DNA of 24,000 nt from Ochrobactrum teleogrylli (GCF_006376685.1 NZ_VEWL01000001.1:351869-375868), one strand, 5' to 3'. Positions 1-9,580 are shown, counted from the stretch's first letter. The notes: generated by a model from the letters alone, not told the origin. Numbers and translations: made by a program.

Positions 1-344
1 GCCGGATCGGCATCAAGCTCCGCGGCTTCGCGATAGCTCCGCGTGTCGTTCCAGAGAATGCAGGGGCGCAACACCTGATCCGTATCGTCCAGCAATGTCG
101 CACCATGCATCTGGCCGGAAAGGCCGATGCCCTTGATGGCTGCGAATTCTTTCGGATGAGCTTGCCGCAGGGCGTCGATGGCAGTTTCAGTCGCGCTGAT
201 CCATTGGGCGGGGTTCTGCTCGCTCCAGCCTGCATGCGGGCGCGAAACGTCCAACTCGCCATGGGCGGAACCGACAAGTCGCTGATTGTCGTCGATCAGA
301 AGTGCTTTGACGCCGGATGTTCCAAGATCGAGGCCGAGATACAT
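1..344 (-). CDS. xylB: Xylulokinase-type FGGY carbohydrate kinase, N-terminal part (runs off the left edge)
   Basis: Reverse-strand translation from ATG at 344: MYLGLDLGTSGVKALLIDDNQRLVGSAHGELDVSRPHAGWSEQNPAQWISATETAIDALRQ...IKGIGLSGQMHGATLLDDTDQVLRPCILWNDTRS; DLGTSGVKALLID and GLSGQMHGATLLD are XylB-like FGGY signatures. Not listed in the ORF track because it is truncated. Confidence 0.88.
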   Translation of the reverse strand, partial: MYLGLDLGTSGVKALLIDDNQRLVGSAHGELDVSRPHAGWSEQNPAQWISATETAIDALRQAHPKEFAAIKGIGLSGQMHGATLLDDTDQVLRPCILWNDTRSYREAAELDADP

Positions 345-380
345 GGTGGCTCCTGTCGGAATTTCACGATGGCCGATGGT

Positions 381-1412
381 TCAGCAGAACTGCGGCAGGT
401 TATCTTTGAGAAAGATTTCGATGCGGATATGTTCCTGTCCCGCAATGATCGGCAGACGATCTGCGGACGCTTTCAGGATGCGAATGGCGCTGCGGATTTC
501 ATGCCCGGCATCCTGTGCCAGAACGCCATGCACCAGCCCCTGTTCCAGCGCCTGCGAGGTGGCTTCATCGCGTTCATGGGCAATCACCAAAGGGCGTTTT
601 CCCTCATGGGTGGCGAGCGCGCGAAGCAGGCCGCCATTGCCAGCGCCGAGGCTGTAGATGCCTGCAATATCGCTGCGCTCGCGAAGGAGGGTGCGCACCA
701 GATTTTCCACGCGCACATCTTCGTCGAGGCCTTCAAGGGCGGGGAGGATGGAGCGTTCCTGAAAATCGCTTCGCATGGCGGAGGTGAAGCCATCGAAACG
801 TTCGCGATGATCGCGCACTTTCAACGAGCCGGTGAGAATGGCGATGACACCGTCTGTCCCATTCGCAAACAGGCCGAGAAGACGGGCCGCCGTACGTCCC
901 GCTGCAACATTGTCCACGCCGACATAATGTTCACGGGCGGAGTGGCCGAGGTCAGAAACCAGCGTCACGGCATGCACGCCGCTTGCGCGTAGCCGGTCAC
1001 AGGCTGCGCGAACCGGATCCGTATCGAGCGCGACAAAAGCCACACCATCCGGCTTACCAAGGGCGCTGGCGTCAAGTGCTGCGACCAGCGCAAGCTCGTC
1101 AAACGCCGGAACCAGAACGAGATTGATCGAGACACGCTCGGTCAGCGCGCGTTCGCTCGCAACAGCGATCTCTTCGCGAAGGCTGAGCATGAAGGTGTTG
1201 TCATTGTCGGGCACAATGAAATCGAAATGATAGAGTCGGCTGCGGGCCAGATTGGCGGCCCCCACATCGCGGACATAGCCAAGCGTATTCATTGCCTCCA
1301 TCACCCGTTCACGGGTTTTGGACCGGACGCCGGGGCGGTCGTTCAAAACGCGATCAACCGTGGCAAGGCTGACGCCTGCAGTGCGCGCTATATCATGAAC
1401 GGTAGGTTTCAT
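381..1412 (-). CDS. LacI-family transcriptional regulator, probably of the adjacent xylose/pentose genes
   Basis: MKPTVHDIARTAGVSLATVDRVLNDRPGVRSKTRERV is a LacI HTH plus hinge, followed by a periplasmic-binding-like sugar domain. Start placed at the internal Met (ATG at 1412), not at 1463 as in the track. It lies 36 bp upstream of the kinase start. Confidence 0.88.
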   Translation of the reverse strand: MKPTVHDIARTAGVSLATVDRVLNDRPGVRSKTRERVMEAMNTLGYVRDVGAANLARSRLYHFDFIVPDNDNTFMLSLREEIAVASERALTERVSINLVLVPAFDELALVAALDASALGKPDGVAFVALDTDPVRAACDRLRASGVHAVTLVSDLGHSAREHYVGVDNVAAGRTAARLLGLFANGTDGVIAILTGSLKVRDHRERFDGFTSAMRSDFQERSILPALEGLDEDVRVENLVRTLLRERSDIAGIYSLGAGNGGLLRALATHEGKRPLVIAHERDEATSQALEQGLVHGVLAQDAGHEIRSAIRILKASADRLPIIAGQEHIRIEIFLKDNLPQFC

Positions 1413-1482
1413 TCCTGCTCCTCCGCGCAAACCATAGGAGCAAAAATGAGGTACGTAAATCAAAAAATTTTAATTTCGATTT

Positions 1483-1498
1483 TTGTTGAGATATCAAC
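1483..1498. promoter_or_regulatory. Candidate operator: TGTTGA-GATA-TCAACA inverted repeat upstream of the LacI-type regulator
   Basis: Perfect 6-bp arms in an AT-rich stretch about 70 bp upstream of the regulator start codon. Confidence 0.35.
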
Positions 1499-1570
1499 AG
1501 GGTCGGGCGGTAATTTCGCGTTGGGCGAAGCAGATATGACGTAACGTGATGACGCAGATGCCAAAGGAAA

Positions 1571-1588
1571 GGGCGGCTTCAGCCGCCC
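1571..1588 (-). terminator. Hairpin GGGCGGC-TTCA-GCCGCCC followed on the minus strand by TTTCCTTT
   Basis: Perfect GC-rich inverted repeat just downstream of the minus-strand ORF ending at 1606, with a T-rich tail on that strand. Confidence 0.7.
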
Positions 1589-1605
1589 GATCCGGTCTCT
1601 TGGAA

Positions 1606-1938
1606 TCAATCCCAATAGGGGCGCGGTCTGTAATGCCTTGGCCGGTCCCGATATCCGTCGCGCCAGTGATCGCGGCGCCAGTCTCTTGGCGGCGGCCCCC
1701 AGCCCCAGCGTGGTGGTGGCGGGCCCCATCCCCAACCGGGCGGCGGGGGTGGCGGACGGCGATATCGGGGAACACACACGCCGCGACGTGACATGCGCCA
1801 GCCGGGGCCGCACCAGTAATCCGCTTTCTGCACCAGCCCCGATTGCGCGGGCGCTTGCAGATTGCCGACCGGGTTGGCTTCGGCATTAAAGGCGAACACC
1901 GCCAGTGCCGCAGCTAAAGAAAGTACCGACACTCTCAT
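1606..1938 (-). CDS. Small secreted Pro/Gly/Trp/Arg-rich protein of unknown function
   Basis: MRVSVLSLAAALAVFAFNAEA is a signal peptide, followed by WCGPGWRMSRRGVCVPRYRRPPPPPPGWGWGPPPPRWGWGPPP. Downstream terminator-like hairpin. Confidence 0.7.
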   Translation of the reverse strand: MRVSVLSLAAALAVFAFNAEANPVGNLQAPAQSGLVQKADYWCGPGWRMSRRGVCVPRYRRPPPPPPGWGWGPPPPRWGWGPPPRDWRRDHWRDGYRDRPRHYRPRPYWD

Positions 1939-2057
1939 GTCGTTTCTCCATCTCGTTTAACGGCACCAGTCTGGTCTCCCAATTGGGACTATTCGCGGCA
2001 GCTGAAATCAATTTGCCTGTACGGCGGATATAATCACGCTACCAGTGAGGCACGCCA

Positions 2058-2813
2058 TTATTGCCCGCCCAACCGTTTCATCGTTTTCTTCAAGGTCGAA
2101 ATGCTTTGATATCCCGCTTCGACACTGGCAATGGCAAGCGGTATGCCCTCCGCACGTTTACGCATGACATGCGATACCCGCAGGCGCTGCCGCCATTCGA
2201 CAAAACTCATGCCGGTCTGGAGACGGAACTTGCGCGTCATGGTGCGGCGACTCATGCCGACTTCATCCGCCCAGTCGTCAATCGTGAGATCGAGACCGGG
2301 ATTATCCAGAAGGCTGCGACACAGCTTGCGCAACGGTTTATCGGTCGGCAGCGAAACGACATAGGGCTGTTCTTTCGCCGAGCGAACTTCGTCCAGAATA
2401 AGCGCTGTCAGATGCTGGCCGCGCCCGCGCTCATCATAGAGCACCGGTTCTTCGGCCAGAGCCTGCACGCTGGCGTCCAACAGGGGGGAAACTTTCAAAA
2501 CGCGCGTCGGCTCCCAATGATCGCGCAGGACCGATTCTTCAATAAAGACCGCATGCATTTCGACCGAGCCATAAATATCGACGCTGTGCGGCACATCGGG
2601 CGGCAGAAGCACGGCATAACCGCTCGGCAGCATGAAAGCGCCATCTTCGGTTTGCGCCGTCATATAGCCACTATTGCTATAGAGAAGCTCGCCGCGCCGG
2701 TGACTATGCCAGCCGGACGAGGCGCTTTTCTCATAGTCGCGCCGCATCACCGCCAGAGGGCGTGCGATGTCCTGATAGTCGATGGCATGTTTCGGTCGCG
2801 TGCGAATTTCCAT
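2058..2813 (-). CDS. AraC-family transcriptional regulator
   Basis: N-terminal cupin-like segment (GWHSHRRGELLYSNSG...) and C-terminal HTH (LTIDDWADEVGMSRRTMTRKFRLQTGMSFVEWRQRLRVSHVMRKRAEGIPLAIASVEAGYQSISTL). Confidence 0.9.
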   Translation of the reverse strand: MEIRTRPKHAIDYQDIARPLAVMRRDYEKSASSGWHSHRRGELLYSNSGYMTAQTEDGAFMLPSGYAVLLPPDVPHSVDIYGSVEMHAVFIEESVLRDHWEPTRVLKVSPLLDASVQALAEEPVLYDERGRGQHLTALILDEVRSAKEQPYVVSLPTDKPLRKLCRSLLDNPGLDLTIDDWADEVGMSRRTMTRKFRLQTGMSFVEWRQRLRVSHVMRKRAEGIPLAIASVEAGYQSISTLKKTMKRLGGQ

Positions 2814-2820
2814 TTTGGCC

Positions 2821-2837
2821 CAATTTGACTGAAATTG
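2821..2837. promoter_or_regulatory. Inverted repeat CAATTT-GACTG-AAATTG immediately upstream of the AraC regulator start
   Basis: Perfect 6-bp arms starting 8 bp from the AraC start codon in the divergent intergenic region; plausible autoregulatory site. Confidence 0.35.
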
Positions 2838-2950
2838 TCATATTTAAATGGAATTGCAAAATTTTGACCCGAATGCAACCAAGATTGGCCTGACTCACCA
2901 AACTGTCCCGAATATATTCGCTCGCGCAACGCATTGATATGTGTGAGTAA

Positions 2951-2967
2951 ATTAGAATTATTCTGAA
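2951..2967. promoter_or_regulatory. Candidate iron-responsive (Irr/ICE-like) box ATTAGAATTATTCTGAA
   Basis: Near-palindrome with an exact AGAAT-T-ATTCT core, upstream of the TonB-dependent siderophore receptor; resembles the TTTAGAAnnnTTCTAAA-like ICE/Irr boxes described in Rhizobiales. Confidence 0.5.
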
Positions 2968-3064
2968 TTCTGAACTTGCGCAACAATAAAAAATAATCGC
3001 TATAGCCGCTGCTTTGATGGGCTGCGGACAGTAGCCGTTTTGCAGGAACGGCAGGAGAACAGAG

Positions 3065-5269
3065 TTGAAGACCAGCAGGGACACCGTGCGCAATACAGAT
3101 CGCATTCACAACAGCAGACGCGCCGGATCGCTGCTCAAAACCGTGCTTCTCGCTAGCGTGGCGCTTGGCGCTGTGGCCGTTCCGGCATTGGCCCAGGACA
3201 CGGGCGTCATTCAGCTCAACACCATCGAGGTGCAGACCTCCGGTGACAAAGGGCCACGCGTTCCCGTCGAGGGCTATATTGCTGAATATAGCCGCGCCGC
3301 CACCAAGAGCGACACGCCGATCCGCGAAACACCGCAGTCGATTTCCGTTGTCACGCGCGACAATATGAATGATCGCGCCGTCTCGTCGGTGAGTGAAGCA
3401 CTGTTGTACAGTGCCAATGTGAACGGTCAGCGTTATGGCGCGGATGTGCGCTCGGATTATTATACCATTCGTGGTTTCCCGGCTGATCTCTATCTTGATG
3501 GCATCCGTATTCCGCAGATAGCCAACCAGACCGGCGGTTATTCGGGCTTCGTGGTCGAACCCTATTCGCTCGAAAGCGTGGAAGTTCTGCGCGGTCCAAG
3601 TTCCGCGCTGTTTGGCCAGAGCAATGTCGGCGGTATCGTCAATATGGTCAGCAAGCAGCCGCAGGCCGAGGCATCCAATGAGGTCTATCTGCGTGGCGGC
3701 AGTTTCCAGCGCAAGGAATTCGGCTTCGATCTGACGGGGCCGATCAACAACGACCCGCGTTTCACCTATCGCCTGAACGGCATGATCCGCGATGCCGACA
3801 CGTCCTACGATCTGGGCAAGAACAACCGTATTGCCATCAATCCGAGCTTCGCCTGGCGTCCGGATGCGGATACCAGCCTGATTGTTTCGGGCGGTTATCT
3901 CAAGGATGATTTGGGACAGGCGGGCGTGATCGTTCCGGCCTATGGCAGCGTGCTGCCGAACCCGACCGGCCAGAGTATTCCGCGTGATTTCACCGATGGC
4001 GATCCGCGCATCGCGACCTATAAGAAGGAAATCGGTTACGTTGGCTATCAGTTCGAGCATCGCTTCAACGACACGTTCACGCTGCGCCAGAACTTCCGCT
4101 ATTCGCATCTGAAGACCGATTATCGCAACCTGTTTGCGGGCGTGCTGCCGACCAGTGGCTGGAATGGCAGAACGCTGCCGCGCACCAATTATCTGGCACA
4201 GCCCGAACTCGATTCAATTGCCTTCGACACGCAGCTTGAATCGCGCTTCGATACCGGCCCTCTGGAGCACACTTTGCTGGTCGGCGTTGATCAGCAATGG
4301 CAGCGCCTCGACAATTATACTGGCTCGGCGGCTGGTCCGTCGCAGGACCTGTTCAACCCGACCTTCAATCAGCCGCTGACGCCGGTGAAGGCGACGACGC
4401 GTCTTCTGCAAAACCAGTATCAGACCGGCATTTATGTGCAGGATCAGATCGAAGCAGGCAATCTGCGCGTGACGCTCGGCGGTCGCAAGGACTTTGTGAA
4501 GGTCGATTCCGAACAGACGACGCTCTCGACAGGTCGTAGCGTCGACTATGAGCAGGACCCTGAAAAGTTCACGGGCCGTGCGGGCATAGCCTATGTCTTT
4601 GACAGTGGCTTTGTGCCTTATGCGCTCTATTCGACGTCCTTCCTGCCGACGCTGACGCTGGCGGATACGCCGCTCAAGCCGACCACGGGCACGTTGAAGG
4701 AAGTGGGCATTAAATACGCCCCGGAAGGCGCGAATTACAGCGTTACGCTTTCGGCCTTCGAAGCTGAACAGCAGAATGTCGTCAATCGTATTTCCGGCGT
4801 CTACTATCAGACGGACGAAGTGCGCGTGCGTGGCGTCGAGCTGGAAGGCACGGCCCAATTGTGGGATCGCCTGAACCTGACGGCTGCCATGAGCTTCCAG
4901 GACCCGGAAGTCAGCGAAAGCCAGACGCCTGCCCAGATTGGCAAGCTGCCTTATACCGTGCCGAAGGATCAGCAGTCGTTGTTCGTCAGCTATAATGTGC
5001 CGCTGCCGGATAACCTCAAGGGCGATCTCGTTCTTGGCGGCGGTGTACGACGCATCGGCAAGACCGCTGGCGATACGCTGAACACGTTCTTCGTGCCGTC
5101 CTACACGCTGGTGGATGCCTTCCTGCGCTATGATCTTGGCAACTATCGCCTTCAGGTGAATGCCTATAATCTCGGCGACAAGAAATATGTGGCGGGCTGC
5201 AATTCGACCAGCCAGTGCTATTACGGTCAGGGCCGCTCCATCGTGGCGACAACGAGTGTGAAATGGTAG
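3065..5269 (+). CDS. TonB-dependent siderophore receptor (ferrichrome/FhuA-FoxA-like family)
   Basis: Signal peptide ending VPALAQ, plug domain (RETPQSISVVTRDNMNDR; VLRGPSSALFGQSNVGGIVNMVSKQP), beta-barrel and terminal VATTSVKW. Predicted TTG start at 3065. Confidence 0.92.
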   Translation: MKTSRDTVRNTDRIHNSRRAGSLLKTVLLASVALGAVAVPALAQDTGVIQLNTIEVQTSGDKGPRVPVEGYIAEYSRAATKSDTPIRETPQSISVVTRDNMNDRAVSSVSEALLYSANVNGQRYGADVRSDYYTIRGFPADLYLDGIRIPQIANQTGGYSGFVVEPYSLESVEVLRGPSSALFGQSNVGGIVNMVSKQPQAEASNEVYLRGGSFQRKEFGFDLTGPINNDPRFTYRLNGMIRDADTSYDLGKNNRIAINPSFAWRPDADTSLIVSGGYLKDDLGQAGVIVPAYGSVLPNPTGQSIPRDFTDGDPRIATYKKEIGYVGYQFEHRFNDTFTLRQNFRYSHLKTDYRNLFAGVLPTSGWNGRTLPRTNYLAQPELDSIAFDTQLESRFDTGPLEHTLLVGVDQQWQRLDNYTGSAAGPSQDLFNPTFNQPLTPVKATTRLLQNQYQTGIYVQDQIEAGNLRVTLGGRKDFVKVDSEQTTLSTGRSVDYEQDPEKFTGRAGIAYVFDSGFVPYALYSTSFLPTLTLADTPLKPTTGTLKEVGIKYAPEGANYSVTLSAFEAEQQNVVNRISGVYYQTDEVRVRGVELEGTAQLWDRLNLTAAMSFQDPEVSESQTPAQIGKLPYTVPKDQQSLFVSYNVPLPDNLKGDLVLGGGVRRIGKTAGDTLNTFFVPSYTLVDAFLRYDLGNYRLQVNAYNLGDKKYVAGCNSTSQCYYGQGRSIVATTSVKW

Positions 5270-6129
5270 TGAGTTTCTCACGACGTGAATTTTTTGTGGG
5301 GGCGGCTTTGGCCGCCCTTATGTCTTCTGTTCGGGCCGAGACGCCGCGTAAGGTTGTCACGCTCGAATGGGCGGAAACGGAAATTGCTTTGTCGCTCGGC
5401 ATTCGCCCTCTGGGCGTTGCCGATCTGGCGGGCTATCGCCAGTGGGTCAATATCGAGAATGACGGGCTTGCCGATGCGGCCGATGTGGGTGGACGGCAGC
5501 AGCCGAGCCTTGAAGCGCTAACACGGCTGAAACCAGACCTGATCCTCACATCGGCGTTGCGCCATAAGGCGATTGCCGATCGCCTCAAGGCGATTGCACC
5601 GACGGTGCTGCTCGACGGCGCATCCGATAGCGCCGATCTCTTGCAGAATATGAAATCAAATCTTGCTGTTGCCGCAAGTGCTCTGCAATGCGAGGCGGAA
5701 GGCAGGGCCGCGTGGCAATCTTTCGAATACGGCCTGTCGGCAGCGCGGGCGAAACTATCCGGCCCATTGCCTGTCGTGATTGCACAGCCTTTGCCCGGTG
5801 TGGCGCGATTGAGAATATTCACGACCAATTCTGCCGTGATGAAAACGATGGTGCAAGCTGGCTTCTCGGAAGCAGTCGACCGCGGCGTGCAGCCCTTTGG
5901 TTTTACGACATTCGGGTTGGAAGAGCTTGCCACGCTAGCGCCGGAGACACGGCTTTGCCTGTTGGATGATGCGACGCCGAAGGAACTGACGGAAAGCGCA
6001 ATCTGGCCGGTCCTGCCTGTGGTCAGCGCTGGTCATATTTATCATCTCGGAGGCGATATTTGGCCTTTTGGCTCGACACGCTCCATGACGCGGCTGGTTG
6101 AGCGGACGTTAGCGGCGTTAACTGCCTGA
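5263..6129 (+). CDS. Periplasmic iron-siderophore ABC transporter substrate-binding protein (FhuD-like)
   Basis: MVVSFSRREFFVGAALAALMSSVRAETPRKVVTLEWAETEIALSLGIRPLGVADLAGYRQWV...GGRQQPSLEALTRLKPDLIL is typical of the FhuD/BtuF class. Start at 5263 gives an ATGGTAG overlap with the receptor stop codon; track start 5215 is probably too early. Confidence 0.88.
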   Translation: MVVSFSRREFFVGAALAALMSSVRAETPRKVVTLEWAETEIALSLGIRPLGVADLAGYRQWVNIENDGLADAADVGGRQQPSLEALTRLKPDLILTSALRHKAIADRLKAIAPTVLLDGASDSADLLQNMKSNLAVAASALQCEAEGRAAWQSFEYGLSAARAKLSGPLPVVIAQPLPGVARLRIFTTNSAVMKTMVQAGFSEAVDRGVQPFGFTTFGLEELATLAPETRLCLLDDATPKELTESAIWPVLPVVSAGHIYHLGGDIWPFGSTRSMTRLVERTLAALTA

Positions 6130-6138
6130 CATATGAGA

Positions 6139-6163
6139 AAAGCCCCGGTTGAACCGGGGCTTT
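6139..6163. terminator. Bidirectional-looking terminator AAAGCCCCGG-TTGAA-CCGGGGCTTT
   Basis: Perfect stem with A/T-rich flanks on both sides (TTTGTTGTTT on the plus strand), between the convergent binding-protein and acoC-like genes. Confidence 0.85.
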
Positions 6164-6169
6164 GTTGTT

Positions 6170-7531
6170 TCAGGCAACGGCGCGGATGCATTCGCCAAGA
6201 ATACGCAGTACTTCGGCGCGTTCCTCGATTTGCGGCATATGTCCGCAACGCTGGAAGATATGCACGCCGACTTTTCCGGGCAGCCCATGGGCGTGGCTGA
6301 CGGGAATGATCCGATCTTCCGCACCGAAGATCAGCCGCACAGGGATCGGCAATCCGGCTATGGTTGACCGCAGATCGAAGGTCTGCGTGCCATCGGTGAA
6401 GAACCGTTCCGCAATCGCGCTTTGCGCGGCGCGCAATTCGGTATCAGCGGCTTGGGCAACCGTGGCATTGATGAAAGGCCGCGTGAGCAGGCTTTCGTCG
6501 CTGACCAGCAGTTTCAGCCAAGGGATGATGCTCGCTTCGCTTTTGGCGGCGATCAGGCCCTTGGTGAAGGCGCCGTTGATTTCAGGGCCGAGACCGGCGG
6601 ACGAAATCAGCACCAGCGAGCGCACATCCACGATGCCGCGTGCGGCAACGGTCGCCGCAACGCCACCACCAAAGGAATGACCGCCAAGCACGCAGGCGTT
6701 CACGCCAACGGCGGCAAGTGTGGCTTCAACGGCCTCGGCGATCACATCGACGCTCTCCGGCACCGTGCGCGTGGAAGCACCGTGTCCGGGAAGGTCAAGC
6801 GCCAGAACCGGATGGCCGAGTGTTGCCCCTGCGAACAGGCCGCGCCATGAATTGAGGTCGGCGGCGAAACCGTGAATTAGGACAACAGGCAGTTTTCCGG
6901 CTTCACCCTCACGCAGCCAGACTGCATTGAGCGGTGCAGCGGAACCGGCGGTAGGTCTTCGTGCGGGGGGTGCAACCGGTTGGCTTACAGCGCCAGCCGC
7001 AACCGCAGCTTGGGCAGAGCCAATCTTCGCCTCGACATCCTTTTTCTGGACGCGTCCCTTGGGGCCGGAACCTGCAATCGCCTCAAGATCGATGCCAGCC
7101 TCCCGGGCCAGCCGGCGTGCAAGCGGCGTTGCACGCACGGCTGTGTCCTGAGCGGTAGCAGCTTGGGAGGTAGAAACGACCGGTTCGACAGGTGGGGGGC
7201 CATCCTCCCGAACCGGTACTGGCGCGCTCTGCGAGGGAGCAGGCTGCGCATCGGCGGGGCGCTCAACGGATGGTGGTGCTTTGCGCTCTTCGCCTTCTTC
7301 GTAAATCCACGCGACAGCCTGACCGACTGGCACAACAGTGCCCTCGGCGGCGCTCACATCTGCAAGAATGCCGCTGGCCGGTGCGTCCACTTCCATGGCC
7401 GCCTTGTCGGTTTCGATTTCGAACAGGAGCTGACCCTTCGTGACGGTATCGCCATCCTTGGCATACCAGCGCGAAATCTGGCCGGTCTCCATATCCATGT
7501 CGACTTTCGGCAGGATGACTTCCACTGCCAT
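6170..7531 (-). CDS. acoC: Acetoin dehydrogenase-type E2 component: lipoyl domain, peripheral-subunit-binding domain, alpha/beta-hydrolase domain
   Basis: Lipoyl motif [12 protein letters not shown]; E3/E1-binding segment [34 protein letters not shown]; C-terminal alpha/beta-hydrolase with [13 protein letters not shown] and [10 protein letters not shown]. Confidence 0.88.
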   Translation of the reverse strand: MAVEVILPKVDMDMETGQISRWYAKDGDTVTKGQLLFEIETDKAAMEVDAPASGILADVSAAEGTVVPVGQAVAWIYEEGEERKAPPSVERPADAQPAPSQSAPVPVREDGPPPVEPVVSTSQAATAQDTAVRATPLARRLAREAGIDLEAIAGSGPKGRVQKKDVEAKIGSAQAAVAAGAVSQPVAPPARRPTAGSAAPLNAVWLREGEAGKLPVVLIHGFAADLNSWRGLFAGATLGHPVLALDLPGHGASTRTVPESVDVIAEAVEATLAAVGVNACVLGGHSFGGGVAATVAARGIVDVRSLVLISSAGLGPEINGAFTKGLIAAKSEASIIPWLKLLVSDESLLTRPFINATVAQAADTELRAAQSAIAERFFTDGTQTFDLRSTIAGLPIPVRLIFGAEDRIIPVSHAHGLPGKVGVHIFQRCGHMPQIEERAEVLRILGECIRAVA

Positions 7532-7533
7532 GG

Positions 7534-8532
7534 TCAGCGCACTCCCCTGGCAAGATCGCGGGCGCTTTTGAGAATGTCCGGCACCTGCGGCACGGTCGCG
7601 CGTTCAAGATCGGGATTGTAAGGGATCGGCGTCTCGGCGCCGCCAAGGCGGACAATCGGGGCGTCGAGATAATCGAAAGCATCGCTTTCGGCGACGATTG
7701 CAGAGATTTCCGCGCCGATGCCGAGTGTTTTCACAGCTTCATAGACGCAAAGCAGCTTCGAGGTTTTCTTGACGCTTCTGATGATCGTGTCGCGATCAAT
7801 TGGGCGCACGGTGCGCAGATCGATGACTTCGACGTCGATGCCTTCCTTGGCCAGTTCTGCCGCCGCATCCAGCGCCTTGTGCACCATAATTGCGGTCGCG
7901 ACGATGGTGAGATCACGGCCCTCGCGCACCACATCGGCCTTGCCGATGGGAACGGTATAATAGCCTTCCGGCACTGGCCCCTTCATCTTGTAGAGCAGCT
8001 TGTGCTCAAAAATCATCACCGGGTCGGGGTCTTCGACGGCTGCAAGCAACATGCCCTTGGCGTCATGCGGGGTGGAAGGCTGCAGGACCTTCAGGCCGGG
8101 CACATGGCCGAGCCAGGCTTCAAGGCTCTGGCTGTGCTGTGCGGCGGCGCCCGTGCCGGAACCGGCAGGAAAGCGCATGACCAGCGGCACCGAAACCGCG
8201 CCACCCAGCATATAGCGGATTTTTGCGGCCTGATTGACGATCTGCTCCATGGCGAGCGCAGCAAAATCGGAAAACTGGAATTCGAAAATCGGGCGCATGC
8301 CGGTCAGCGCTGCACCGACGGCGACGCCCGCACCGCCCAGTTCAGAAATCGGCGTGTCCATGACGCGGTCTTCGCCGAAGCGATGCACGAGATCGCCGGT
8401 TACCTGAAACGCGCCGCCATAGACGCCGATGTCCTCGCCCATCAGGAAAACACGGTCGTCGCGCTCCATGGCAATCGCCATGGCTTCCTGAATGGCTTGC
8501 GAATAGCTCAACTCGCGGATGGTGGTGTCCAT
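7534..8532 (-). CDS. acoB: Acetoin/pyruvate dehydrogenase E1 component, beta subunit
   Basis: [81 protein letters not shown]; spaced 2 bp from the E2 start. Confidence 0.9.
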   Translation of the reverse strand: MDTTIRELSYSQAIQEAMAIAMERDDRVFLMGEDIGVYGGAFQVTGDLVHRFGEDRVMDTPISELGGAGVAVGAALTGMRPIFEFQFSDFAALAMEQIVNQAAKIRYMLGGAVSVPLVMRFPAGSGTGAAAQHSQSLEAWLGHVPGLKVLQPSTPHDAKGMLLAAVEDPDPVMIFEHKLLYKMKGPVPEGYYTVPIGKADVVREGRDLTIVATAIMVHKALDAAAELAKEGIDVEVIDLRTVRPIDRDTIIRSVKKTSKLLCVYEAVKTLGIGAEISAIVAESDAFDYLDAPIVRLGGAETPIPYNPDLERATVPQVPDILKSARDLARGVR

Positions 8533-8534
8533 GA

Positions 8535-9569
8535 TCAGATTTCGTCCGTATATACGTCGCGGGTCAGATTGGTGAGGTCGGGAGAAGGGCTGTTGCGGGC
8601 ATACTCAATCGCGTCGGCGATTTCCTTCTCGACATTGGCCCGGATGGCTTCGATCTCGTTGTCGTCGATCACGCCATAAGCCTTCAGATCGGCCTCGAAA
8701 TGCGCGATGGGGTCGCGATTATTGGCCCAATCCTCGATCTCTTCCTTGGTGCGATAACGGTTGCGGTCGCTCTTGGAATGACCGCGAAGGCGATAGGTCT
8801 TGTTCTCGATCAGCGACGGGCCTTCCCCGCGCCGCGCACGCTCCACGGCCTCGTTGATGGCTTCGGCAACGTCGGAAAGGTTGTTGCCGTCCACGACCTT
8901 GCCGGGCATAGCATAGGCCGATGCGCGGTCCGCGACATTCACCACCGCCGTTGAACGCTTGGTTGAAGTAGACATGCCGTAGCCATTGTTTTCGCAAACG
9001 AAAACGACCGGCAACTTCCAGACGGAAGCCATGTTGAGCGCTTCATGGAAAGCGCCTTCATTGTTGGCGCCATCGCCGAAGAAGGACACAACAACCTTGT
9101 TGCTCTTCTGCTTCTTGGCGGAAAGCGCAGCACCCACTGCAATCGGAATGCCACCGCCGACAATGCCATTTGCGCCGAGATTGCCTTTGGATACATCAGC
9201 AATGTGCATGGAGCCGCCGCGACCCTTGCAATAGCCGGTTTCCTTGCCGAAGAACTCGGCAAACATGCGCTTCACATCGGCACCCTTGGCGATGCAATGA
9301 CCATGGCCGCGATGGGTAGAGGTGATCATGTCATCTTCGGTCAAAGGCAGGCAGGAACCCATGGCGCTTGCTTCCTGTCCGATGGACAGGTGCATCGTGC
9401 CGTGAATAAACCCCCGCGTGTAACTTTCTTCCGCGCCTTCTTCGAAGCGGCGGATGAGATACATCTTGTGCAGCGCTTCCTTCAGCTGTTCGGGAGAATA
9501 GGTGCGGAAAGCGAAGGGCAGGTTGTGGCGATCTGCGGCCTGCGCGTCAATCTTTCTGGCCTGAACCAT
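8535..9569 (-). CDS. acoA: Acetoin/pyruvate dehydrogenase E1 component, alpha subunit (TPP-binding)
   Basis: [32 protein letters not shown] and the TPP-binding stretch [37 protein letters not shown]; spaced 2 bp from the E1 beta start. Confidence 0.92.
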   Translation of the reverse strand: MVQARKIDAQAADRHNLPFAFRTYSPEQLKEALHKMYLIRRFEEGAEESYTRGFIHGTMHLSIGQEASAMGSCLPLTEDDMITSTHRGHGHCIAKGADVKRMFAEFFGKETGYCKGRGGSMHIADVSKGNLGANGIVGGGIPIAVGAALSAKKQKSNKVVVSFFGDGANNEGAFHEALNMASVWKLPVVFVCENNGYGMSTSTKRSTAVVNVADRASAYAMPGKVVDGNNLSDVAEAINEAVERARRGEGPSLIENKTYRLRGHSKSDRNRYRTKEEIEDWANNRDPIAHFEADLKAYGVIDDNEIEAIRANVEKEIADAIEYARNSPSPDLTNLTRDVYTDEI

Positions 9570-9580
9570 GGTGCGGCTCC

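Noticed and set aside
105-992. 295-aa plus-strand ORF
   Set aside because: Antisense to the xylulokinase and LacI-type genes, whose minus-strand translations show clear family motifs; typical high-GC shadow ORF.
2857-2866. 10-bp palindrome CAAAATTTTG between the AraC regulator and the receptor
   Set aside because: Short and purely AT-biased; too likely by chance to claim as an operator.
2747-4108. 453-aa minus-strand ORF
   Set aside because: Shadow ORF antisense to the TonB-dependent receptor; no recognisable family and overlaps the divergent promoter region.
4214-5281. 355-aa minus-strand ORF
   Set aside because: Antisense to the receptor beta-barrel; shadow ORF from codon bias.
7879-8679. 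266-aa plus-strand ORF
   Set aside because: Antisense to acoB/acoA; shadow ORF.
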